Assembly (NCBI GenBank): GCA_043783155.1
Contig: JAYVZS010000054.1
Coordinates: 411-64,410 of the forward strand
Source: Bacteroidota bacterium
GTDB taxonomy: Bacteria; Bacteroidota; Bacteroidia; AKYH767-A; 2013-40CM-41-45
Direction: 5' to 3'
DNA: 64,000 nt
Shown: positions 28,000 to 37,151 of the stretch, one piece after another
Layout of the letters: each line of letters opens with the position of its first letter
How positions within the stretch are numbered: the stretch's first letter is position 1
Translations under genes and position numbers: made by a program
The notes under the pieces: generated by a model
Told to the model about the DNA's origin: nothing
Seen by the model: the letters and a program-made list of their open reading frames with translations, nothing else
Database searches by the model: none

Positions 28000-29913
28000 C
28001 TACTGGTCGAAGAACCTCCATACGACACCAAACTGGATCGTCATCCCCTGCATCGGGTAATGCGGAGTGAGGTAGTATCCTTTTCCCAGGAAATTATCAC
28101 CGATGTTTTCAAACTTTAAAAACATGCGTGCCGTTTTTATTCTGAAGTTGATAAAGAAATCAACGAGCGAAAATCCGCCAGTCTTATTTTCTTTCTGCCA
28201 ATAAAATAAACCGGTTGCAGGCATAAATGCATCAGCGTAATAAGACGAGTTGAAATGAAAATCAAAACCTGCCTGCAAAAGCAACGCGTTCTTATACAGG
28301 AATGATTCGTAGTAAAGCGATTGAGTTGAAATAAAGGAAGGAAGATGAAGAATATTTTCGTTGCTCACTTTTTGTGCAATCACTGAATTGTCGAAGTGAA
28401 ATTTCCCAAGACGAAAATTTTTGTTCAAAAAATATTTTAGAATTTGAATTTCATTTGTGGCCTGCACAGGAGAGACCGATGAATCAACATAAATGTAATG
28501 GCTCATGGTGGTCATTTCTGCTCCCACTGCAAATTGATACTTTGGAAATGAATACCGGGCAGAGATATTTTTTACCTGGCTATTCCCAAAATCATTCTCC
28601 CATTTAAAATGGTTCGAGAAGAAACGTTCGTAAATGAATTCAGGCGACTTCAGCAGCAGTTTGCCCGACACATCAATACATCCAAAACTGCTTAGAGGCG
28701 TGTGAAGAGAAATTTCTCCTTGGTAATTCGTTTTGTTGTTACCCGCAATAACATAGCTCGCTGTCGCTTTCCAGTGAACTGATTTTTCATTTTCCGGGTT
28801 ACTCAAACTTGCATTCGCAGAAACATTTTCCATAAATGCATTCACCATCTTCAGATTCTGTTCAATCAACTGGTCGTACCTGAACCATTGATGTTCGAGC
28901 GCAACTGAATAAAAAACAGAGTGGGAACTATCTGAATGCTCTTTCCTGTTTAGGATGGACGCCCATGAAATTCTATTTCTCAGATCATAGTAATGTAAGG
29001 AGTCGAGAGAGGAAACGGTGCGGAAAGAATTTTTATAATACGTTCCCGGGTTGTAATCAAGATAGGTAAACGATCGTGCTTCAAGACTGACGGAGTGTGA
29101 TATTCTTGCATCCGGTTTGAAAGTCGCTTTTTTTGTTGTGTCGGAATTTTTTTCTTCCGCATGAAAATGCACATCATAATACTGACTTAAAGAAAACCGG
29201 TGACTTCGGAAATGATTTTCAGCATCCGCGAGGTTAATCAACAATCCCTGCAAAGCGAGGTTACTCACAGAACTGTTGTCGTAAATGGAATCATTATGAA
29301 GACCTCCATTCACTTTATTCTCTATCGTATTCCAACAGGCAAAAGCCAGAAGATTATACCTGTTATCTGCTGAATGGAGCCACGTATACAAATCAAAGTT
29401 ACTGTGTAAGGTAGTTCCGTTTTTCAGGAAACCGGTAGAGCCGAGGCGGTTGAAGTTAAGCCCGATATTCCAGTTTGCATTAATGTTTTCAGACAGGGCA
29501 ACCTCGATCTGCTGCTCCTTTCCTCCTCCAAGATGATAGTTGATTTGTGTAAATGCTTTGTTGGTTTTGTAATATCGGATTCTTTCCCCGTTAAAAAGAT
29601 ATAGATCATACGAATGAAATCCCCCATCTGAGAATGCATTGCCTTCCGAACGAAACTCCTGCGGAGAAGCGGCGCTGCCTAAGTTCGCCAGGTTGTTGTA
29701 ATGCCTGCTATAAGCCGGGTTAATAATTTCAGTGCCGTTTAATGTTGTATCGAGCGAATGATAAGAAACCCGCTGTGATGCAAACGCATTACCATCGATG
29801 TATTTAATCAAGGTTGGAATGTTCACTTCTTTCTTCGTGCTGTCGGCCGGGGTGGCAAGTACACATTCAGAAAAGAAAATAAAGCTAAGTGCAAGGAAAA
29901 TTCCAAATTTCAT
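28000..29913 (-). CDS. outer-membrane beta-barrel protein (Bacteroidota 'putative porin' family-like)
   Basis: Signal peptide MKFGIFLALSFIFFSECVLA, alternating amphipathic strands throughout and an aromatic-rich C-terminus (GVVWRFFDQ). Confidence 0.4.
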   Translation of the reverse strand: MKFGIFLALSFIFFSECVLATPADSTKKEVNIPTLIKYIDGNAFASQRVSYHSLDTTLNGTEIINPAYSRHYNNLANLGSAASPQEFRSEGNAFSDGGFHSYDLYLFNGERIRYYKTNKAFTQINYHLGGGKEQQIEVALSENINANWNIGLNFNRLGSTGFLKNGTTLHSNFDLYTWLHSADNRYNLLAFACWNTIENKVNGGLHNDSIYDNSSVSNLALQGLLINLADAENHFRSHRFSLSQYYDVHFHAEEKNSDTTKKATFKPDARISHSVSLEARSFTYLDYNPGTYYKNSFRTVSSLDSLHYYDLRNRISWASILNRKEHSDSSHSVFYSVALEHQWFRYDQLIEQNLKMVNAFMENVSANASLSNPENEKSVHWKATASYVIAGNNKTNYQGEISLHTPLSSFGCIDVSGKLLLKSPEFIYERFFSNHFKWENDFGNSQVKNISARYSFPKYQFAVGAEMTTMSHYIYVDSSVSPVQATNEIQILKYFLNKNFRLGKFHFDNSVIAQKVSNENILHLPSFISTQSLYYESFLYKNALLLQAGFDFHFNSSYYADAFMPATGLFYWQKENKTGGFSLVDFFINFRIKTARMFLKFENIGDNFLGKGYYLTPHYPMQGMTIQFGVVWRFFDQ

Positions 29914-30352
29914 TACTTCCGGTTTTGCCATTTTATCGAAGGCAAATGTATAGGAAATTGATGAAGCAATTCAATAGTTATTCATGGAAATGCCTGGTAT
30001 CATTTTGAGACGCTTGCAGGAATTTGAAATCAGTAATTTTTTTCCAGGCATATTGGATCAATCATGAAGTGTCCCTGACAGATACCACTATGAATCTTAC
30101 TTTTTTTCATGTGATTAAAAAAAGTTTTTTTAATCGCTCAGTTAGTGTTTTCGTCAAACTGATTTTATTTTCGACATCTGCTTTCTGTAATTTTACTAAA
30201 TCCTTACATCTGTAATCCTGCTCGCGATGGGCTCTCAACCAGCGTTGAATATAGCTGACCTTTACGTACAAATTTAGTTACGTTGTTCATCACGAGGTTT
30301 CCTGATTGATCCGGGCAAGCCAAGCGCAAGGAACTAAATCTGGTTATAAAAG

Positions 30353-33031
30353 ATGACAACAATTAAATCGATACTCTTTCAAAAAATCCGGAAGTTCGTT
30401 ATACCTGCTTTGACGTTGTTCATGTTTGTCAGACAAGCGGAAGCTACGACTTACTTTACCAGGATGAATGGAGCAAACTGGAGCACGAATACAACCTGGT
30501 CAACTGTTACGTATAGTGGTGCTGCCGCTGTCGGTCATCCTGTTGCCGGTGATACAGTGAATATCGCAAACGGTGTTACTGTTTTTATCAATACAAGCAG
30601 CGCCTGCTCAGTCATAAATATTGGCCAGGGCACATCAGGAATTCTTCAGTTCGGGAGTACAGGAAATTTTACGTTGACAGTAAGCGGAGATGTAAATGTA
30701 AGTACGGGCGCTAAGTTGTACTATAACAGCAACAACACAAGAACGCATACGCTCAAAATAGGTGGGAACCTTATCAACAACGGAATTGTGGATCTCATGT
30801 ATGACGTCAATGATAAAGTAAATATAATTTTCGACGGAGGTAACAACAGCGTTGTGTCAGGAGCCGGAACGTGGTCTATAAATAATGTAACACTTAATAA
30901 AACAACATCTTCGGATGAACTTGTAGTTTCATCTTCAGGATTTGAAACTGCTATTGCATCACTGATCACAACCGAAGGAACCTACATCCATAATAACAAC
31001 GGTACATATTCAATCAATGCTTCTGCAGGATCAAACTTTGTAATCAGCGAAACGGTGGTTTTCAAAATCCCGCTCGGAACAGTGTGGTTCAGCGCGAACA
31101 GCAATAGTCTCTATCTTGAAGGTTCATTATACGTGAATGGAGGAGCGGTGTTTGTGGGAACGACCGCTGGGAACAACGGCTTGATTTACCGGCAGCCGGG
31201 AAGTGTTATTCCATACCTCGAGGTAACAGCAGGAACACTTGATGTGTACGGAGGAATTTATAACAACATGGCTGATCCTTTTAGTTTTAAGATGACAGGT
31301 GGAACAATTTTACTTAACAACGGTTCTGCCGGAACATCGCAGGGCGTATTCTATCAAAATGATTTGACCGGTAGTGTATTCTATATGAGTGGCGGAACTA
31401 TTATTATTGAAAAACATAATAGCGTGGGAGCTACCAATGTCGACTGGGGAATTTGCGGAACCAATGGCGTGGTGATTACAACCGGCGGCACCATTCAATT
31501 CGGTGACAATGCAACTCCCTCAGGAAGCACGTTCGACTTTCAGGTGTTTCCGAATGTTGTTCAGCCAAATTTTAAGGTGACAGGAACTGCCGCCGCCGCT
31601 ATTTCTCTTCAACCGACAAAAAGTGCTGTTGCTGATTTTAAATTGCTGAGTCTTTTCATCGATGTAAATAAAACATTTGATATTCGGTCTATACAAGGAG
31701 TGAATGGTGATAATAAAACCATGACATTAACATCCACGTACAATGGTGTAACTGCTTTTAACAACAACGGAACATTTATTGCGAGATCAGGTAACCTTAA
31801 ATTGACAGGAGGTTCTCCGCAGTCAATTGGTGGAAGTTCCGTTACTACTTTTTATAACCTTACAATGAACACCTCCACTGATGCAACACTTGCCTCTCCT
31901 GAAAAGGTATCCAATTTTCTGTCGATGACTACAGGGAAATTAATCACGACTTCCACGAATTTGCTTACCTGTACAAGCACCGCAAATGCAAACATTGGTT
32001 CGTCAACTTCTTATGTTGACGGACCTATGGTTCAAACCGTTGCAACCGTCGGGCCGACAACGAAGACTTTTCCTATTGGAGATGGAAACGCTTACAGGCC
32101 GGCGGTGCTAACGATTTCGCACTTAACAGCTACTTCGGTAACGTATAAAGGCGAAGTAATTAATTCTTCCGCGGCAGCGCTGGGTTATAATCTTCCTCCA
32201 ACGCTTGCGAAAGTTTCCTCGACGAGGTATTGGGATTTTACCAGGCAAAATGTTTTCAATTTTAATACGGCTGTCGTTCAGCTTTATTACGCTGTTGACG
32301 ACAGTGTCGCCGATAAAATGAGTGTGAGCATAGTGCATGATGACGGAAGTTTTAACTGGGTCGATTATGGAGGAACCGGCACTGCGAATGTAACCGGGAA
32401 GATTACATCAAACACCATCACTTCCTTCAAACAAAAATTTGCACTTGGTTTTCCACCGACCTCTTTACCTATTGAACTGATCAGCTTCTATGCAAAAAAT
32501 TCAGAAGGTCAGGTGAGGTGTGAATGGACGACTGCTACAGAAACGAATAACGATTACTTTACTATTGAGAGGTCAGCAAATGGAATTAAGTACGACTCTA
32601 TTCTTTACAAGGATGGAGCAGGCAACAGCAGCAGTACGCTGTATTATACAAGTGTTGACGATGCCCCGTTGAAAGGTGATTCCTATTACCGGTTAAAACA
32701 AACCAACTTCGACGGAAAATTCAGCTGCTCAGATCCTGTGCATGTTTACTTGAAGGAAAATAATGCTTCACGGTATAAAATATTTCCGAATCCTTCTGAA
32801 GGAAATTTAATTCTCATTGGTAAGAACGGTGAGGATTTAAACAACGCCGAGGTAGTTGTTCATGACCTGGCCGGAAAAGAAGTGAAATCGTTGGCCATGC
32901 TTTCAGGAAATAAAAAAGAACTTCAATTAAGTATTGATCCTTCTTCATTGAATAGGAACAGTGCGTACATTGTTTCCATACTTACAGGTGATGAAATTGT
33001 AAAAGAAAAAGTGCTGATCAACAAACATTAA
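30353..33031 (+). CDS. T9SS type A sorting domain-containing secreted protein (beta-helix/adhesin-like repeats)
   Basis: The C-terminal ~80 aa (KIFPNPSEGNLILIGKNGEDL...VVVHDLAGKEVKSLAML...SAYIVSILTGDEIVKEKVLINKH) matches the Por_Secre_tail type A CTD pattern. The body is rich in G, T, N and S repeats, and there is an N-terminal signal peptide. Confidence 0.7.
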   Translation: MTTIKSILFQKIRKFVIPALTLFMFVRQAEATTYFTRMNGANWSTNTTWSTVTYSGAAAVGHPVAGDTVNIANGVTVFINTSSACSVINIGQGTSGILQFGSTGNFTLTVSGDVNVSTGAKLYYNSNNTRTHTLKIGGNLINNGIVDLMYDVNDKVNIIFDGGNNSVVSGAGTWSINNVTLNKTTSSDELVVSSSGFETAIASLITTEGTYIHNNNGTYSINASAGSNFVISETVVFKIPLGTVWFSANSNSLYLEGSLYVNGGAVFVGTTAGNNGLIYRQPGSVIPYLEVTAGTLDVYGGIYNNMADPFSFKMTGGTILLNNGSAGTSQGVFYQNDLTGSVFYMSGGTIIIEKHNSVGATNVDWGICGTNGVVITTGGTIQFGDNATPSGSTFDFQVFPNVVQPNFKVTGTAAAAISLQPTKSAVADFKLLSLFIDVNKTFDIRSIQGVNGDNKTMTLTSTYNGVTAFNNNGTFIARSGNLKLTGGSPQSIGGSSVTTFYNLTMNTSTDATLASPEKVSNFLSMTTGKLITTSTNLLTCTSTANANIGSSTSYVDGPMVQTVATVGPTTKTFPIGDGNAYRPAVLTISHLTATSVTYKGEVINSSAAALGYNLPPTLAKVSSTRYWDFTRQNVFNFNTAVVQLYYAVDDSVADKMSVSIVHDDGSFNWVDYGGTGTANVTGKITSNTITSFKQKFALGFPPTSLPIELISFYAKNSEGQVRCEWTTATETNNDYFTIERSANGIKYDSILYKDGAGNSSSTLYYTSVDDAPLKGDSYYRLKQTNFDGKFSCSDPVHVYLKENNASRYKIFPNPSEGNLILIGKNGEDLNNAEVVVHDLAGKEVKSLAMLSGNKKELQLSIDPSSLNRNSAYIVSILTGDEIVKEKVLINKH

Positions 33032-33035
33032 AAAA

Positions 33036-36000
33036 TTATTTCACCACGCTCACTCTCCCATACCTGATAATATCATCGTTCACCAACCCTTTTGCTTTCA
33101 GTTTCCAGACATATACATCTTCCGCAACAGGCTTTCCGTTGTATTTTCCGTCCCAGCTTCCTGACAGGGTATTGTATTCATAAATTATTTCTCCCCAGCG
33201 GTTGAAGATCATTACATCTAATTCAGTAAGGCCGGTAGAATAAACACGGAAGTCATCATTTCTTCCGTCACCGTTTGGTGTAAACACATTCGGAACGTAA
33301 ATCATTTCTGACGTGTTGATATCTAACGGAGCGCAGGTGGAGTCGATGCAACCATTATTGCTTGTTACGCGAAGGCAAATGTCAAATGTTCCGCCGCTTC
33401 TGAACTGGTGCGCCACAATGGAATCGCTGGCGAAAGTTCCGTCACCGAAATCCCAGTTAAAATATGCCGCATCAGAACTGCGATCGTAAAAATGAATATC
33501 GTTGTTAAGGAAATAGAATATTTCCTGGTCATGCACAAAACCGGCGACAGGATTCGGGTACACATTCAACGTATACGTTCCGGTATCACCAAGATTGCAG
33601 GATGTTGTATCGGAAATAATCAACTCAATAACATAGGTTCCGATTCTGTTATATGTGTGATGCACCACCGGGCCTGTAGCAATAGTTCCATCACCGAGAT
33701 ACCAGGTACCTGTTCCTGTCGATGCGAATCTGTTACTGAGTTCTATTGCCTGCGGCACACACCCAAACAAGACATTGTGCGTATTTACTCCTGCAGATAC
33801 TGATTGACGAAACGTAATACTTTTTATTGCTGTATCCAGCCGGTTGCAGACAGAATCAGCCGCTACTAATGTAATATTGTAAGTACCAGGTACGGAATAG
33901 ATGTGTACAAGATTTAATCCTGAACCATGCTGGCCGTCGCCAAAATCCCAGCGATAAATATTCCCTCCTGTTCCGTCGAAGTTTACTGTTGCACTAAGTG
34001 TATCACAGTCCGGACTCTTAACAACATTGAACGAAGCATTCAATGGAGTAGAAGGAGGAACTGTAATCAGGACATGCGCAGTGTCTGTTCCATTGCAACT
34101 GTAAGGATCATTGATAACATAGATTACATCATACGTTCCTGCTGTCACAAAAATATGTGTCGGGCTGGTTGTTGTATCCGCGGCGTTTCCGTCCCCGAAA
34201 TTCCAGAAATGATTTCCGTGCGTCGAACTGTGATTATTAAACGTAACCGGAAAAGGAGCGCAACCGTTTACTGCACCTGAAACCGCAACAGAAGCCCGGG
34301 CAGCCGAATGAAAAGGTGCAGGCAGCGAAGTTGTGTCGGCAAGTCCAATGCAAAATGTATCGCGCACAATGAGTGTGATGGTATACGTTCCTGTGTCCGC
34401 GTAGGTGTGAGTGGCAGTTAAACCGCCCGTAGTAAAGCCATCACCGAAATTCCATGTGTAATCATTTCCACCGCTTCCGACAGACTGCACTGACGCAGTA
34501 GTATCGCACGGTGGATTTTGAGAAAGATGAAAGGCGGCAGTTATCGGCAGTGGTGCTTTTACCTCTATCACTGCATACGAAGTATCATTCACATTGCAGC
34601 TTGAATGGTTGATAGCGACAAGGCGGATATGAAAAACTCCTGTGTCGGCGAACACATGAGTAGGAGTCGCGAACGTATCCAACGGTGTGCCGTCACCGAA
34701 ATCCCATTCATACGAATCGGCATTGATGCTGTTGTTCGTAAAAGCCACTACCAAAGGCAAACAGCCGTACGACAACGGAGCTGTAATACTTGAAACAGTG
34801 TGGGCTAAATTAAATTCTAATTTGATGACACCGTTGTTGCAATTGTTCGCATTGTTCGTATTGGAAACAACTCCTGGAGTTGTGGGGAAATCACTGTGTC
34901 CGCCACAGCCGGCGCACACCGCTTCGTAAATGGTTCCGTTTTTATTGAAGCGACTGGTTCCCCCATCCACATGTTCCTGGCTGATATTTCCTCCGAAATA
35001 AGTCGCATACAAAACAGAATTTGCATCGTGATTCAAGACGAAGAAATAAAAATCACATCCGTCGGTGGTTGATTGGTATGCATTAGAGGTAATCGGCATT
35101 CCGAGTACATTTCCATTGGTAAAAGCACCCAGCGAAAGGCACCTTCCCCAACCGGCCACATATACATTTTCGCATGTGTCAACTAAAAATGCGGTAGGTG
35201 AAATATTAGGAAACGTACTTCCATTTCCAAACACAGTTGAATAAAAAGTCGAACTCAATCCTTCATTCATTTTATGGATAAACTGTTTGCTGCCGGGATT
35301 AGCATAAACACCGGGTGTTACAGGATATGCGCCTTCTGTTTGTCCGGTCGTATACACATTGCCGCTGTTATCCAATTCAACAAAGTACGTCTGATCATAA
35401 GAAGGTGTACCGATGAAAGTTGAGGCCATGATAAAATTTCCACCGTTGTTAATGTGAGCAATAAACCCATCAGCAACGCCACCCTGGAAAGTCTCGTGCA
35501 ACACTCCGGGAGTGGTCGGAAAGTTGATACTCGCAGTGCCTCCGGCTAAAAAAATATTCCCGCTGTTATCAATCACGCAGTCGTACACCGCATCATCGCT
35601 GCTGCCGCCGATGAATGTGCTCCAGACAAGAGACGTGAGTGAAGAATTTATTTTAAAGACGATTCCATCCTGGTTGCCGCCACCAAAGGCGGGTTGCAAC
35701 ACACCTGCAGTCGTCGGGAAATTGGGCGACTGCGTGCAACTCCCGACCAGGTAATTATTATTTGCATCGGCGATAATTTCTCCGCGCGCTTCATCGCTGT
35801 AATTATATTTCAAAGGGCCTGTGGTAACGAAACCGGGATCAGTATTCAATCCGTCGTTAGCAGATCCACCTATAAAAGTAGAAGCGAGTAATGTATTCCC
35901 ATTCGTACTTAGTTTCGAAATAACAATATCGCCTCCTCCTCCAAGTGAACCCTGGTAGGCGCCGGCAGTGGTCGGGTAGTTGGAAGAAAATGATGTTCCG

Positions 36001-37061
36001 AAAATGAGGAGGTTATCATTGCCGTCAACAACGAGACTTTGCGGCTGCTCGTTATCAGATCCACCGAGATAGGTTGCGTACAACAATGCTGTTCCTGTTG
36101 CGTTAAATTTCGCGATGGCCATGTCGCAATCCCATCCGTTTCCTCCTGCACCGCCGCCACCATAAGTTACTTGGTAAGCTCCGGGAGTTGCAGGGTATCC
36201 AATGCTATTGATGTTTCCGCCGGAGTACACATTTCCGGCAGCGTCATAGGTTGCGGTGAAGCCCCAATTGTCTGCTGTTGAGCCGGTGTAACTTGAGAAG
36301 ATTAAGGTCGGATCAATAATCAAGGGCAGGGATTTGTTGTAGCCGTCAGGAAAACGAAAACTTAATTTATTTTTATGCAGAAAAAATTTGCAACGAACTT
36401 CGGTTTCTTTCCCGTCAATAAGTTGGTAGGAATAAGGTTTTTCTTCGATGATGGTTCCCACAGAAAGCTTCATTGTCAGCGCGCCGTCTTTTATGGAAAG
36501 ATCATCAACTCCCTCGTATTCCATCGAAACGGTTGAAGCATCACCGCCCGGTTTCACAATAAGATCGTATTTAATATCTGTAACGCTGCTGTAAAATTTC
36601 AGGTCGATGTTTGTGTACAAATTCTGATATGTTACGGATGAGAAGAGTTTCACATCACTTGCCCATTTCGACGAATCGTTCCCAATGAAATAATTGTTGA
36701 AATAATTCGCCGCATCATCCGGTTTGATTTCAGGGTGTTCGTTGCCGCCAGCAGCATGTATTCTCACAGCGTGTAACCTGATTTTGTCAATTTGTTTTCC
36801 CTCGTGCGGATGCAACGACTGCATGTCGTCAGGATGATAAAACAGGTACGTGAACCGGTTGTTTTCAAGAAAAATTTTTCCACCTCTGAAAGCAGCTTCG
36901 TACCGGATAAAATTCTCCCATTGATTTTTGTTTTCTGCAAATCGGACTTTTGACGGGAACTTAGGAGGAGGAGCTTTATCGCCCGATCGGGCAAATACAT
37001 TTTCATTCATGCTGAAGATCAACATAAAAAGAAAAACAGTGAACAGGTTTGTTTTATTCAC
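33036..37061 (-). CDS. T9SS type B sorting domain (gliding-motility-associated C-terminal domain) protein with SBBP beta-propeller repeats and PKD domains
   Basis: C-terminal YVPNVFTPNGDGRNDDF...FNRWGEIIYE...WDGKYNGKPVAEDVYVWKL is the CHU_C/type B CTD. There are multiple WxFGDG PKD cores and SBBP-like repeats (SGGNINSIGYPATPGAYQ). Confidence 0.8.
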   Translation of the reverse strand: MNKTNLFTVFLFMLIFSMNENVFARSGDKAPPPKFPSKVRFAENKNQWENFIRYEAAFRGGKIFLENNRFTYLFYHPDDMQSLHPHEGKQIDKIRLHAVRIHAAGGNEHPEIKPDDAANYFNNYFIGNDSSKWASDVKLFSSVTYQNLYTNIDLKFYSSVTDIKYDLIVKPGGDASTVSMEYEGVDDLSIKDGALTMKLSVGTIIEEKPYSYQLIDGKETEVRCKFFLHKNKLSFRFPDGYNKSLPLIIDPTLIFSSYTGSTADNWGFTATYDAAGNVYSGGNINSIGYPATPGAYQVTYGGGGAGGNGWDCDMAIAKFNATGTALLYATYLGGSDNEQPQSLVVDGNDNLLIFGTSFSSNYPTTAGAYQGSLGGGGDIVISKLSTNGNTLLASTFIGGSANDGLNTDPGFVTTGPLKYNYSDEARGEIIADANNNYLVGSCTQSPNFPTTAGVLQPAFGGGNQDGIVFKINSSLTSLVWSTFIGGSSDDAVYDCVIDNSGNIFLAGGTASINFPTTPGVLHETFQGGVADGFIAHINNGGNFIMASTFIGTPSYDQTYFVELDNSGNVYTTGQTEGAYPVTPGVYANPGSKQFIHKMNEGLSSTFYSTVFGNGSTFPNISPTAFLVDTCENVYVAGWGRCLSLGAFTNGNVLGMPITSNAYQSTTDGCDFYFFVLNHDANSVLYATYFGGNISQEHVDGGTSRFNKNGTIYEAVCAGCGGHSDFPTTPGVVSNTNNANNCNNGVIKLEFNLAHTVSSITAPLSYGCLPLVVAFTNNSINADSYEWDFGDGTPLDTFATPTHVFADTGVFHIRLVAINHSSCNVNDTSYAVIEVKAPLPITAAFHLSQNPPCDTTASVQSVGSGGNDYTWNFGDGFTTGGLTATHTYADTGTYTITLIVRDTFCIGLADTTSLPAPFHSAARASVAVSGAVNGCAPFPVTFNNHSSTHGNHFWNFGDGNAADTTTSPTHIFVTAGTYDVIYVINDPYSCNGTDTAHVLITVPPSTPLNASFNVVKSPDCDTLSATVNFDGTGGNIYRWDFGDGQHGSGLNLVHIYSVPGTYNITLVAADSVCNRLDTAIKSITFRQSVSAGVNTHNVLFGCVPQAIELSNRFASTGTGTWYLGDGTIATGPVVHHTYNRIGTYVIELIISDTTSCNLGDTGTYTLNVYPNPVAGFVHDQEIFYFLNNDIHFYDRSSDAAYFNWDFGDGTFASDSIVAHQFRSGGTFDICLRVTSNNGCIDSTCAPLDINTSEMIYVPNVFTPNGDGRNDDFRVYSTGLTELDVMIFNRWGEIIYEYNTLSGSWDGKYNGKPVAEDVYVWKLKAKGLVNDDIIRYGRVSVVK

Positions 37062-37151
37062 CCTCAGGAATTTATCATGCTAAGTTAGTCCTCTTTCGGC
37101 TGGTTTCAAAATATTCGGATATTGCAGGTAAAATAGTAACAATATTTCCAG

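Noticed and set aside
30216-30352. Relatively GC-rich 130-bp patch upstream of the type A T9SS gene, considered as a possible tRNA or ncRNA
   Set aside because: There is no cloverleaf-compatible pairing, no T-loop GTTCGAATC-like box, and no recognisable riboswitch consensus. It was left unannotated.
33408-36281. Multiple 60-130 aa ORFs on the plus strand inside the 33036-37061 minus-strand T9SS gene (e.g. 33408..33803, 33927..34280, 34687..34929)
   Set aside because: These are antisense shadow ORFs in a long gene. They have no independent start context and are Cys/Arg-rich in a way typical of the reverse frames of G/T/N-rich repeat genes.
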